Shown: positions 1 to 8,265 of the stretch, piece by piece
Position numbering within the stretch: the first letter of the stretch is position 1
Layout: the number at the start of each line of letters is the position of its first letter
DNA from: a virus
DNA length: 64,000 bases
IMG/VR virus record: IMGVR_UViG_3300036985_004568
Coordinates: 1-64,000 of that record
Strand: one strand, 5' to 3'
The notes under the pieces: generated by a model
What the model saw: only the letters and a program-made list of their open reading frames with translations
Told to the model about the DNA's origin: nothing
The model's database searches: none
Translations under genes and position numbers: made by a program

Positions 1-2
1 AA

Positions 3-431
3 GACATTAGTAAACTTGGTATTGAAGATGAAAACTATGCAGTTCACGTTAAGTCTAATCAGGTCTTCAGTATATTTGGAAATATAGAAGTAGGGGAACA
101 AGACAAAGAGGACAAGACCACTGAACTAATATTAACTACAAGTAGTGGCTGGTCTTCTAAGGCTCTTTCTCTCTGCACTCCTGGCTCAGTTAGTCTTTCC
201 ACAAATATGTATCGTGGAAAGAGCTATGACGCAGACGTGATTCTGGGAGTATCTAGCGCGGCAACTTTCATAGAGTTCCTTAGGATTTCTGAGGAGCCTA
301 CTTATACCCAGATAATGGACCTGCTTCAGGAACATATTACCAAGTGCCAAGCTCACATAAAAGCGAAGCAGACTGCCTTAGATGTAGTTACAAATAAGTA
401 TGGGCAGTATTTGGTATTCAAAGAGTTATAA
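3..431 (+). CDS. Hypothetical protein, 5'-truncated; paralog of 2030..2869
   Basis: Frame is open from base 3. C-terminus LRISEEPTY...KAKQTALDVVTNKYGQYLVFKEL aligns with IRISEPETY...AAKTQALDAVVQKYGQYICYKEL. Confidence 0.75.
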   Translation, partial: DISKLGIEDENYAVHVKSNQVFSIFGNIEVGEQDKEDKTTELILTTSSGWSSKALSLCTPGSVSLSTNMYRGKSYDADVILGVSSAATFIEFLRISEEPTYTQIMDLLQEHITKCQAHIKAKQTALDVVTNKYGQYLVFKEL

Positions 432-446
432 AAGAAAGGAGGACTA

Positions 447-725
447 ATGATGTTCGGATTAAATGTAGTAATCTTTAAGTGGGAGAAGTATCAGGCAGTA
501 ATGAAAGACGGAACCTTAAAAGAAAAGATAGCTAAAGGTAATTGTTCCTGCTGTAGAAAACAAATACCTAATGGAGTTGCTATAATTACCCAGACTTATA
601 GTAATAGGTTTGGTGGTGGTGTCCATAAGTATTGTCCCGCGTGTTCTGCGGCTGGGATGAAAGAACTTAAGGAAGCTACCAAGAACATAAAATTCCGAGC
701 CAAGATAGGCTGGGATAACTTTTAA
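447..725 (+). CDS. Small zinc-finger protein
   Basis: CSCC...HKYCPAC; GGAGG RBS. Confidence 0.65.
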   Translation: MMFGLNVVIFKWEKYQAVMKDGTLKEKIAKGNCSCCRKQIPNGVAIITQTYSNRFGGGVHKYCPACSAAGMKELKEATKNIKFRAKIGWDNF

Positions 726-741
726 CTAAAGGAGGCTAGTA

Positions 742-1029
742 ATGAAAAGACCAGCAAAAGTCACACTTCAAAGAGCAGTCAAGTTGTTAAGGGCTACCAA
801 TGGAACAGTCTTCAGGGCAACCTTCGTGAAGAGAACAGATGGTACCGTAAGGAACTTGGTAGGCAGGCTTGATGTGACCAAGGGAATCACAGGTAAGGGT
901 ATGGCATATGACCCTTTCGATAAAGGACTTATGACCGTATTTGATTTCCAGAAGAAGGCTTTCAGGATGGTGAATCTTGAATCCTTAACTGAGATAGTAG
1001 TGAAAGGACATACCTATGCGATTAAGTAA
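742..1029 (+). CDS. SH3-fold WYL_2/DUF2693-like phage protein
   Basis: FVKRTDGTVR...VFDFQKKAFRMVNLESL matches the family pattern; GGAGG RBS. Confidence 0.65.
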   Translation: MKRPAKVTLQRAVKLLRATNGTVFRATFVKRTDGTVRNLVGRLDVTKGITGKGMAYDPFDKGLMTVFDFQKKAFRMVNLESLTEIVVKGHTYAIK

Positions 1030-1264
1030 GTATTACACACAAGGTGATGGTGAGGGTAATGTGTATACAATTAGAAAAATGAAAGGACCAGGTCTTAAGA
1101 ATTGGAGAGTTACTTATCAGGGTAGGTTCTTTAAAAATGGGGAAGAGTTTGTTTCGGACCCTAATGGTCAACATTATGACTATTATAACTATGCGGATAT
1201 TAGAAAGCACCTAGACCCCATTACTAAAAAACAACTTATGATTTTAGTATTAAAACACTACTAA
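1016..1264 (+). CDS. Hypothetical protein with a variant of the C-terminal tag
   Basis: Ends PITKKQLMILVLKHY. Confidence 0.6.
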   Translation: MRLSKYYTQGDGEGNVYTIRKMKGPGLKNWRVTYQGRFFKNGEEFVSDPNGQHYDYYNYADIRKHLDPITKKQLMILVLKHY

Positions 1265-1273
1265 GGAGGTATT

Positions 1274-1459
1274 ATGGAACAAGACTTGATTCTAGGATTC
1301 AAAGAACTTAGACGCAAGATCTGGGAAGGGATGTCAATAACAGAACTGTACCAAGTAAAGAATAGCAGGCTGGAGATGCTGGATTCAGGTATGCATATCG
1401 ATAAAAAAGATTTGGAAGAGATTAACAGGGAGTTAAGAAAGAGAGGGGAAAATGTCTGA
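1274..1459 (+). CDS. Hypothetical protein
   Basis: AGGAGG RBS; fits the gene tiling. Confidence 0.55.
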   Translation: MEQDLILGFKELRRKIWEGMSITELYQVKNSRLEMLDSGMHIDKKDLEEINRELRKRGENV

Positions 1460-1610
1460 ACCATATGCTAGAACCAAGATACCAATTGAGACCTTGATGG
1501 ACGAAGCTTATGCTTGGTGGGAAAGTAAACTAGACCACGAGAAACAAAATATGTATTTAGAGTTGTATATGAAAGCTAAGAAGATAGGACCAGAAGAAGT
1601 TCAATACTAA
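1452..1610 (+). CDS. Hypothetical protein (52 aa, not in ORF track)
   Basis: MSEPYARTKIP...GPEEVQY; purine-rich RBS; fills the gap between neighbours. Confidence 0.55.
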   Translation: MSEPYARTKIPIETLMDEAYAWWESKLDHEKQNMYLELYMKAKKIGPEEVQY

Positions 1611-1620
1611 GGAGGTTAAG

Positions 1621-1869
1621 ATGGCAAAGAGTACCAAGTTCAAGAAAGGTGAGTACGCGATTCAGATCAATGCTCCAATGGATAACTGCTTGGTAAGGAT
1701 TCTGGATAATGACACTGTATCAAAGGATGGTTTCTACAGGCATGAACATCTTGGGGGTGGAGGAAAAGACTTTATTAGTCAGCCCCAAATGGGAGTTGTA
1801 CACGGTAAGTTTCTTCGTAGGGCTACCAAGAAGGAAATTCTAATCCACGCCGTAAGAAAGGAGTATTAA
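1621..1869 (+). CDS. SH3-like hypothetical protein with a variant of the C-terminal tag
   Basis: KFKKGEY start; ends RRATKKEILIHAVRKEY. Confidence 0.6.
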   Translation: MAKSTKFKKGEYAIQINAPMDNCLVRILDNDTVSKDGFYRHEHLGGGGKDFISQPQMGVVHGKFLRRATKKEILIHAVRKEY

Positions 1870-2029
1870 AAAAGAAAGCAAACTATATGTACATAGTTCA
1901 CTGTAAGATACCAGTAATAGCAAAGACTGCTGTAGAAGCAAAGAAGAAAATAAAGTCTAAGTTAGGAACCACTATTAAGGGTGGTAGGAAATACTTTATT
2001 GAAGCCTTTAAATAGAAAGGAGTTACCAA

Positions 2030-2869
2030 GTGATATTTCCAAGAGAAGAAAAGTTAAAGTATGAGAAGTTACAAGCTAAGCTGGATCGCTTAAACGCATC
2101 CTGTAAGAAGATGGATATTAACACATTCTATAGCAACAAGTTCGAGACTATAGTTCTGTGTGCATCTCAAAAGTTAATATTAAGAACTGAGAAGATAAAA
2201 CTCACTGAGGGAGACTTCTATGGGGGGCACACATTCTCCCTTACCGGTTCTGGAATTCGTCAGCATTATGGATATGTAGGACACCACCATAGACCAGAGG
2301 GTAATTGGTTACACTTTCTTATTAATGGCCCTCATTGTAAGTCTTTGCAAAATAAGAAGTGGTTGGCAGATCTATCTAAGAAGTGGGATGAGATAAAGAA
2401 GATAGCAAAGGATCCCACGACGGTGGATAATCTAAAGCAGGTACTTGAAGATATCCGTAGTACTCACTTCTTTGGATCCAACTATAATGATGTTAATCTT
2501 ACACACGAAGAAAAGGTAGCGCTTGGTACTCCCGTAGAGATTCAAGGATCTGAGGAGATGGAGGCAAGTAAAGGGGAAAATGATAGTGATCACACATTTA
2601 CTGCTACTAGGTTAGTTGTTGAGCTTAATGATCGTGATATCTCAATTTCCTTAGAAAAGAACAAGGCTTCTCATGTATGCTTTCAGATAGTTGAAAGATT
2701 AATGCTCTCAGACTATATTCGGATCTCTGAACCGGAAACTTATGATGCTATTACCAAGTTGATTGATGGGTTGATCTGTCAGGTAGACGCCAAGGTGGCA
2801 GCCAAAACCCAGGCCCTTGATGCTGTCGTACAGAAGTATGGTCAGTATATCTGCTACAAAGAGCTCTAA
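2030..2869 (+). CDS. Hypothetical protein; paralog of 3..431
   Basis: 279 aa ORF with AAGGAG RBS and the shared C-terminal domain. Confidence 0.75.
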   Translation: MIFPREEKLKYEKLQAKLDRLNASCKKMDINTFYSNKFETIVLCASQKLILRTEKIKLTEGDFYGGHTFSLTGSGIRQHYGYVGHHHRPEGNWLHFLINGPHCKSLQNKKWLADLSKKWDEIKKIAKDPTTVDNLKQVLEDIRSTHFFGSNYNDVNLTHEEKVALGTPVEIQGSEEMEASKGENDSDHTFTATRLVVELNDRDISISLEKNKASHVCFQIVERLMLSDYIRISEPETYDAITKLIDGLICQVDAKVAAKTQALDAVVQKYGQYICYKEL

Positions 2870-2931
2870 ATCCCGCGGAATAGTCTTGGTAAGCTCCTTA
2901 TCTAAATCTCATTAAGGAAAAATAACAACAC

Positions 2932-2957
2932 TAGTATTATATATTTATATAATACTA
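2932..2957. repeat. AT-rich inverted repeat
   Basis: TAGTATTATATA-tt-TATATAATACTA; perfect 12-bp arms in an intergenic gap. Confidence 0.8.
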
Positions 2958-3087
2958 AAGCTTTAAGTACTTGTATTATCCCCTGGGGGCCCCTAAGATA
3001 GATTATATACCTAATTTAGGGTATAATAGAATTATTTTAAAAATACTTGGTAGTCGCCCCACAAAAATAGGCTCAAAAGGAGGGATT

Positions 3088-3393
3088 ATGGCACAAAAGT
3101 ACAAAGTTGGAGATATAGTTAGGCTGGTTAGGGAGAGGGATGGGGAATCGTGGGAACGTGTTGCACGGATTGAGCATGTCAAATCTTGTAGTGCTTCGGA
3201 TTGTACCTATAGGGACGGAGGAACGCATAGGGAAGAAAGTGGGGAAGTTTGTAAGCAATGTGATGGTTCTATGTATGACTGTAGAGTTATTGCAGGTAAA
3301 GGAAGGAATTATCAAGAAGGTCATCTAGGAGCTTGGGCAGGATATAACATGCAGAAACTAACAGACGAAGAACTAGCATTCTATCTTCTGTAA
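3088..3393 (+). CDS. SH3-like Cys-loop protein, C-terminal tag family
   Basis: ATG 3088 follows AAGGAGG; KYKVGDIV, CSASDC..CKQCDG, ends QKLTDEELAFYLL. Paralogs at 6742 and 7053. Confidence 0.75.
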   Translation: MAQKYKVGDIVRLVRERDGESWERVARIEHVKSCSASDCTYRDGGTHREESGEVCKQCDGSMYDCRVIAGKGRNYQEGHLGAWAGYNMQKLTDEELAFYLL

Positions 3394-3407
3394 TGAGAGG
3401 AGGTTAT

Positions 3408-3761
3408 ATGAGTAAAGCTGTACGTAAGAACGCTAAATGGCACTTGGTAGATATCCCTGAGACTATGGTCCTTACGCCGGATCTACCACGAAGACAACGG
3501 GCCTTCAGAGGCAGGCATTGCAACCGGTGTGGCATTCCTATCTCAGCTGGAGAAGAACACCTAGCAATGTTCTTTAAGACAGACAAGTTCTTTATGATGC
3601 GGCATAACTTATGTTGTATCTGTGGGTTAGAACTATTATTAGAGTCCCTACAAAGGGCGGAAGCTTTGTATCTCTATGTCCAGCAACAGATCAAATCTGT
3701 ACGTAAGTACATTAAGAACAAGAACTTAACTCTAGTTAGGGATGTACATAACCACGTTTAA
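3408..3761 (+). CDS. Zinc-finger plus coiled-coil hypothetical protein
   Basis: CNRC...HNLCCIC; GGAGG RBS before ATG 3408. Confidence 0.6.
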   Translation: MSKAVRKNAKWHLVDIPETMVLTPDLPRRQRAFRGRHCNRCGIPISAGEEHLAMFFKTDKFFMMRHNLCCICGLELLLESLQRAEALYLYVQQQIKSVRKYIKNKNLTLVRDVHNHV

Positions 3762-3926
3762 GGCCCCTTGGTGGTCCTAAGAAGTCGCCTGAAGCCCAAT
3801 GCCTAGGTTCTACCAAGATCGTTTAAATTGGCTCTATAAAACGCCAGTAGCTAGGCCATTCTACCCTGGGGTAACAAGTGCAATAATTACAATTATTATT
3901 GGGAATAGCAATTAAGCACAATTTAC

Positions 3927-3955
3927 TTGACAAATCAACAAAGATGTGTTATACT
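3927..3955 (+). promoter_or_regulatory. Sigma70-type early promoter
   Basis: TTGACA-17 nt-TATACT with extended -10 TG, upstream of the RBS and ATG 3982. Confidence 0.85.
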
Positions 3956-3981
3956 TTAACCAAATAACTGAAAGGAGCATT

Positions 3982-4551
3982 ATGTTAGTAAGCAGAGGGA
4001 ACCATAAGTTGGGGACTGATACCTTGATCTTGAACATCACCAGCGCGGCCGATTGCATGTCTCGGAAGCTGGGTCTTTGTGCTCTAGGTACCAAGTGTTA
4101 TGCTATGAAGGCTGAGCGCATGTATAAAGCCGTCCTGCCTTACCGGAGTAAACAGACTGAGTATTGGGACCAGAATCATCCGGCCACGATTGCAATGGAT
4201 CTCTGGAAGGAAGTTTCCAGGACTACCAAGCAACCAATCAAGTACATTCGGATCTCAGAAGCAGGAGACTTCAGGGACCAAGCAGACGTAGACAAGTTGA
4301 TCAAAATAGCAGAAATACTTGGGGCTATTGATGTTACGTTATATGGATACACGGCCCGTAAGGACCTAGCCTTTGGTAAGTGCCCGAGCAACCTGATCAT
4401 GAATGGCTCAGGGTTTATGATTCACAATAGCTTCACGGCCGTACCTAAAGTTAGCCTGGCCCAGCACAAGGTAACATGCGCGGGGAACTGCCGGGGATGC
4501 AACCTTTGTAAGATCCGCGGGAAGCTGGCCATCAAAGTGGGGATACACTGA
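3982..4551 (+). CDS. GP88-family protein (radical-SAM-like Cys cluster)
   Basis: C-x7-C-x5-CYA, RISEAGDF, YGYT and C-terminal CAGNCRGCNLC, typical of phage gp88 proteins. Confidence 0.7.
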   Translation: MLVSRGNHKLGTDTLILNITSAADCMSRKLGLCALGTKCYAMKAERMYKAVLPYRSKQTEYWDQNHPATIAMDLWKEVSRTTKQPIKYIRISEAGDFRDQADVDKLIKIAEILGAIDVTLYGYTARKDLAFGKCPSNLIMNGSGFMIHNSFTAVPKVSLAQHKVTCAGNCRGCNLCKIRGKLAIKVGIH

Positions 4552-4763
4552 TGAAGAGCACACATGGGCCCGTACGCTTACCAAAGTATACCAAGCGGAA
4601 ATGGATCTGTAAGAAGCTTAATACCTGTGGTTCTCCAGACTGTTTATGTTATAAGCCACATGAACATAGTTCTAGATGTGGTCACTTTTGTTCTGCTGAA
4701 CCTGCTGGATATGGTACCTGTAGGCCCCTAGTAAAGGGGGAGGAGCTAATCTATGGCTACTAA
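4551..4763 (+). CDS. Cys/His zinc-binding mini-protein, C-terminal tag family
   Basis: IC-x5-C-x4-C..KPH; ends CRPLVKGEELIYGY. Confidence 0.75.
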   Translation: MKSTHGPVRLPKYTKRKWICKKLNTCGSPDCLCYKPHEHSSRCGHFCSAEPAGYGTCRPLVKGEELIYGY

Positions 4764-4986
4764 AATTAGAACAGATAGTTATGAACCAATAAAGGGAACT
4801 GTAATATGTAGGGGTCACCTAGACTGCCGTTCCAAAATGGGTTGTCCCCATCATAAGTTACATAAGTGGATAAAAAATGAAGAAGGCCGTCCAAGTCATC
4901 AAGAATGTTTCAACCAAATACTTGGTCCTTCCCACTGTGACTGTATCCCAATGACCAAAGTAGGACTTCTATTGGAGTCCTATTAA
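4753..4986 (+). CDS. Cys/His zinc-binding mini-protein, C-terminal tag family
   Basis: Close paralog of 5449; ends CIPMTKVGLLLESY. Confidence 0.75.
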   Translation: MATKIRTDSYEPIKGTVICRGHLDCRSKMGCPHHKLHKWIKNEEGRPSHQECFNQILGPSHCDCIPMTKVGLLLESY

Positions 4987-5168
4987 TGGTAAAGTTAATA
5001 TGTTCCAAGTGGTTAAAGTGTACTAATAAAGAGTGTCCCGCCAAGGTGGCCCATGTGGCACGCCATGGGTGTTGTGATGGCCCTAAGTGTTATTATGAAT
5101 CTAATATTGGGAGAAAGGTAAAGTGTAGAAAACTAACTAAGGAAGAGGAAATTTTAATCTATTATTAA
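4986..5168 (+). CDS. Cys/His zinc-binding mini-protein, C-terminal tag family
   Basis: ICSKWLKCTNKEC; ends CRKLTKEEEILIYY. Confidence 0.75.
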   Translation: MVKLICSKWLKCTNKECPAKVAHVARHGCCDGPKCYYESNIGRKVKCRKLTKEEEILIYY

Positions 5169-5231
5169 AGGAGACTCAATGAAACTAATGGAAAAGTTAT
5201 TCCCCCCTCAGGGCTACCAAGGGAGGCCTAA

Positions 5232-5459
5232 ATGTCTAAAGAAGTGATCTGTGACCACTACAAAGAATGTAAAGCTAAAGGATGCCACCATATTAAACCA
5301 CATACAACTGTTGACTTTTCTGCTATACTAAGAAGATCCTTTGCTACAAAGACTACCTGCCTTGATCCTGATTTATGTACTGGCCTAACTCTATCATTTC
5401 CGGTTAGAGTAAGATGTAGAGCTTTAAAGAAGGGTGAGAAGCTAATCTATGCCTACTAA
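5232..5459 (+). CDS. Cys/His zinc-binding mini-protein, C-terminal tag family
   Basis: ICDHYKECKAKGCHHIKPH; ends CRALKKGEKLIYAY. Confidence 0.75.
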   Translation: MSKEVICDHYKECKAKGCHHIKPHTTVDFSAILRRSFATKTTCLDPDLCTGLTLSFPVRVRCRALKKGEKLIYAY

Positions 5460-5685
5460 ACAACGTAAAGATATGTGGGAGCCAATTAAAGGATGGGTAA
5501 TTTGTCAGGGCTACAAGACCTGTTCATCCAAAAGAGCATGTCTTCATTCTAGGTTGCATAGGTGGAGAAGGTCCCCAAAGTTTAAAGAGGGGATAGATTG
5601 TTGCTATAATAGTGATTCTAGTAAACAAAATACTTGTAACTGCTCACATAAAACTAAAACAGAATTAATGCTGGAGGCCTATTAA
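5449..5685 (+). CDS. Cys/His zinc-binding mini-protein, C-terminal tag family
   Basis: Paralog of 4753; ends CSHKTKTELMLEAY. Confidence 0.75.
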   Translation: MPTKQRKDMWEPIKGWVICQGYKTCSSKRACLHSRLHRWRRSPKFKEGIDCCYNSDSSKQNTCNCSHKTKTELMLEAY

Positions 5686-5870
5686 TGGAAAAACGAATCT
5701 GTCCACGCGCTGGAACTTGTTGTGATTATGCTCCCTGTAAGCATAGTCGGCCACATATACCCAATGATAACTGTTATGCTACCACCATTCTCTGTACATA
5801 CCACTGCTGTGAAGCCACTCCTGAATTACTGGAGAAGATAGAAGCAGAGAAGATAGTAAATAATTATTAA
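5685..5870 (+). CDS. Cys/His zinc-binding mini-protein
   Basis: ICPRAGTCCDYAPCKHSRPH; ends KIVNNY. Confidence 0.7.
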   Translation: MEKRICPRAGTCCDYAPCKHSRPHIPNDNCYATTILCTYHCCEATPELLEKIEAEKIVNNY

Positions 5871-5972
5871 GCACTTTGAGAAAGGTGCGTTAGCAAGTAC
5901 GCTAGAGGCACGATTAGCAAAAAACTCGATTTCGAGAACTCTGTGTTAGCAGAGAATGAGAGGAGAATTTAT

Positions 5973-6068
5973 ATGTCTCCCACCTTAATTCACTTATTTG
6001 ATGATATATTCAGTACTCTATTGGGTATTTTGGATGATATAGTCAATACTATACTAGGAGAAAACTAA
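5973..6068 (+). CDS. 31-aa amphipathic peptide (not in ORF track)
   Basis: AGGAG RBS; MSPTLIHLFDDIFSTLLGILDDIVNTILGEN; TAATG overlap with the next gene. Confidence 0.45.
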   Translation: MSPTLIHLFDDIFSTLLGILDDIVNTILGEN

Positions 6069-6370
6069 TGTTAATTAGCCTATTTAACTGGTTTATTCAT
6101 TTAAATAACCCTATTGTAGCTGTTTTACTCATAGCTTTACCCTTTATAATTGCTGGATATATAGAAATAAATAGGGAGAAAGCCTGTAAAATAGGTAGAA
6201 TAGTCTATGATAAAGAGAGTAAGATAATAGGTAGAATTGATGGGGAAATAGATATGGACGGTACTATAAGACTTACGAATGACAGAGGAACTTATTGGTA
6301 TACGCAAGTGGGGAAGCTTAGAAGATTAACCCCTAAAGAAAGGTTTGATTATTATGTCCAATCTCTTTGA
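6068..6370 (+). CDS. Membrane-anchored SH3-like hypothetical protein
   Basis: N-terminal hydrophobic helix; ends RRLTPKERFDYYVQSL. Confidence 0.6.
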   Translation: MLISLFNWFIHLNNPIVAVLLIALPFIIAGYIEINREKACKIGRIVYDKESKIIGRIDGEIDMDGTIRLTNDRGTYWYTQVGKLRRLTPKERFDYYVQSL

Positions 6371-6560
6371 AGTAGGTATGTGGGTAAATGACGGGCGAAA
6401 AGGTTGTGTGGGTCAAATAAAGATTTTAGGTAAGGAAACGGTGGAATTGTATTACCCCACTAAATACTCTACACACGGAATATGGTGGGATGCTTGGATT
6501 TGGGATATTGAATTTCTTACGGAACAAGAGCAATTACAAGTAATGTTAGATTTGCTTTAG
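6354..6560 (+). CDS. SH3-like hypothetical protein with a variant of the C-terminal tag
   Basis: FEVGMWV start; ends FLTEQEQLQVMLDLL. Confidence 0.6.
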   Translation: MSNLFEVGMWVNDGRKGCVGQIKILGKETVELYYPTKYSTHGIWWDAWIWDIEFLTEQEQLQVMLDLL

Positions 6561-6694
6561 GCTTGAATGCTATATGCTCGATAGCAATTAAGATAAAACT
6601 CGGATTAATTATTGAAAATTAGATTTTAAGCTCAAATCATATTGATGGTTATACTAATTAATCCCTAACAATAGCCAATAATTCAAGGAAACAC

Positions 6695-6723
6695 TTGACA
6701 AATCCCACTTTATATGCTATACT
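6695..6723 (+). promoter_or_regulatory. Sigma70-type early promoter
   Basis: TTGACA-17 nt-TATACT with TG extension; shares ACTTGACAAATC with the 3927 promoter. Confidence 0.85.
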
Positions 6724-6741
6724 TAACACAAGGAGAATAGA

Positions 6742-7056
6742 ATGTTTGAGATTGGAACATTTATAAAGTGTAAAAGGAAATCAAGATGGAAATATCAGGA
6801 AGATAAGATTCTCATATTTAAAATAGTAAGTACTAGGCTCTGTCAAGAAGCTAGCTGTATCTGGGGTAAAACTGAATCAGGCAAGAAGAAGATTTGTTCT
6901 AAATGTGATGGCATTATGTATCGGGGTTTAAATATACGAAAACCAGTTAAACCCAAGTCTTTTAATCTAGGGAAAAAGAAACCCTATGATTTTTCTTTGG
7001 CGGGATTTGATATGATACAAATTTCAGAAGCCGAGGTAATGGTGGAGCTGTTATGA
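6742..7056 (+). CDS. SH3-like Cys-loop protein, C-terminal tag family
   Basis: FEIGTF, CQEASC..CSKCDGIMYR, ends AGFDMIQISEAEVMVELL. Confidence 0.75.
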   Translation: MFEIGTFIKCKRKSRWKYQEDKILIFKIVSTRLCQEASCIWGKTESGKKKICSKCDGIMYRGLNIRKPVKPKSFNLGKKKPYDFSLAGFDMIQISEAEVMVELL

Positions 7057-7325
7057 AAACATTTAAAGTCAAAGATATAGTTTTATTTAAGCGGCCTACA
7101 AATGGGGAAGAATTTAGAGTTATTATTGGCAGGATTACTAGCCTTGAAAAATGTACACCCGAAGTAGATTGTAGCTATAAGGGTACAAATAAGTTCTGTA
7201 ATAAATGTCACCACATAAAGTATAGGATTAAATCCCTAAATATAGCTAAGCCTCCGTTTGGGTATATGGCTGGCTTTAATTGTCAAAAATTAAATTCTGT
7301 AGAGGTTGCAGTCTATTTAATGTAG
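7053..7325 (+). CDS. SH3-like Cys-loop protein, C-terminal tag family
   Basis: FKVKDIV, CTPEVDC..CNKC, ends AGFNCQKLNSVEVAVYLM. Confidence 0.75.
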   Translation: MKTFKVKDIVLFKRPTNGEEFRVIIGRITSLEKCTPEVDCSYKGTNKFCNKCHHIKYRIKSLNIAKPPFGYMAGFNCQKLNSVEVAVYLM

Positions 7326-7334
7326 GAGGATAAA

Positions 7335-7631
7335 ATGCAAGATACAGAAACGGGGGAATCTAAATACCAAAGAGTAAGAAGGCATATTGACGAAATAAGT
7401 ATATTAGCTGGAATACTTTATAAGTATGTGAGTACTTTACGGGATGGTATAAAATCTAAAGAAATACAGATTGACGATGAAATGAAGCGGTTAAAGGAAA
7501 TCATTAGCTCCATTCGCAATAAACGAATAACCCTTAATAAAGATAAAACCTGTATTGAAGAATGCAAACAGGTATTAAAGAAGTGTTATAGGATAAATTT
7601 AGATGCCTTAGAAACAGCCGAGGAACTATAA
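7335..7631 (+). CDS. Coiled-coil hypothetical protein
   Basis: AGGAGG RBS; helical composition. Confidence 0.6.
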   Translation: MQDTETGESKYQRVRRHIDEISILAGILYKYVSTLRDGIKSKEIQIDDEMKRLKEIISSIRNKRITLNKDKTCIEECKQVLKKCYRINLDALETAEEL

Positions 7632-7861
7632 TGCCTAAACCAGAAATACACTTAACTGTACAAACAAACTATGTAGGAATTATTGCTTGTTCTAAATGTG
7701 GTTATGAATGTGCTTGGACTTCAAAGAATTATAATGATGGTAAATGTAAGCGATGCGGTAAAGATACCAAGAATATAATTACTAATTGTTCCGCAAACTC
7801 AAAACGACCATTAAATCAAACTATACAAGCTTACATAAGAGAACTTGGAGGAACAATATGA
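7631..7861 (+). CDS. Zinc-ribbon protein
   Basis: CSKC...CKRC. Confidence 0.6.
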   Translation: MPKPEIHLTVQTNYVGIIACSKCGYECAWTSKNYNDGKCKRCGKDTKNIITNCSANSKRPLNQTIQAYIRELGGTI

Positions 7862-8199
7862 ATATTCTAGATGGTATTTTAGAATTAGAGGAATTACTTA
7901 CTCAATTAAATTATAAATCTAAAGAACCCTTTAAAGAGGGGGCTAAGGTTTTAATATGGGTAAATAAAACTTTTATATCAGCAACATTTGTAAAGTATAC
8001 CCCCTGTGATTCCGACAATTATGTAGAATGTAGAACATGTTTTAAGTATATGGAATTTAAAGATATTATACCGCCCTACCACGAAGTCTTACCACATATA
8101 TCACGATGTAACACAGCAACTGCCCATAATTCACATCGTAGAGTATTCCTAGCAGATGACCCAATAGTAGATGTAATAAAGATTCATTTTAATTATTAA
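7858..8199 (+). CDS. SH3-like Cys-containing hypothetical protein
   Basis: GGAGG RBS before ATG 7858; FKEGAKV, CRTC; ends IHFNY. Confidence 0.6.
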   Translation: MNILDGILELEELLTQLNYKSKEPFKEGAKVLIWVNKTFISATFVKYTPCDSDNYVECRTCFKYMEFKDIIPPYHEVLPHISRCNTATAHNSHRRVFLADDPIVDVIKIHFNY

Positions 8200-8265
8200 G
8201 CCAATAGGAATTGAGCTTAATTAGTTATATGTTGTTTAACAATTAAGTTTAAATAGGAGGAACAA

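Noticed and set aside
2971-3087. Upstream extension of the ORF 2971..3393
   Set aside because: It runs through palindromic regulatory-looking DNA. The AAGGAGG RBS and the paralogs support ATG 3088. Other ORF-track starts were trimmed on the same grounds.
3762-3840. GGCCCCTTGGT start resembling a tRNA 5' end
   Set aside because: No T-loop, anticodon arm or matching acceptor 3' strand could be built.
4551-5870. Cys-rich peptides as RiPP precursors for the adjacent GP88 protein
   Set aside because: Cys/His spacing fits zinc binding, the members are scattered far from GP88, the tag also occurs on SH3-like proteins, and there is no leader, peptidase or exporter context. Not fully excluded.
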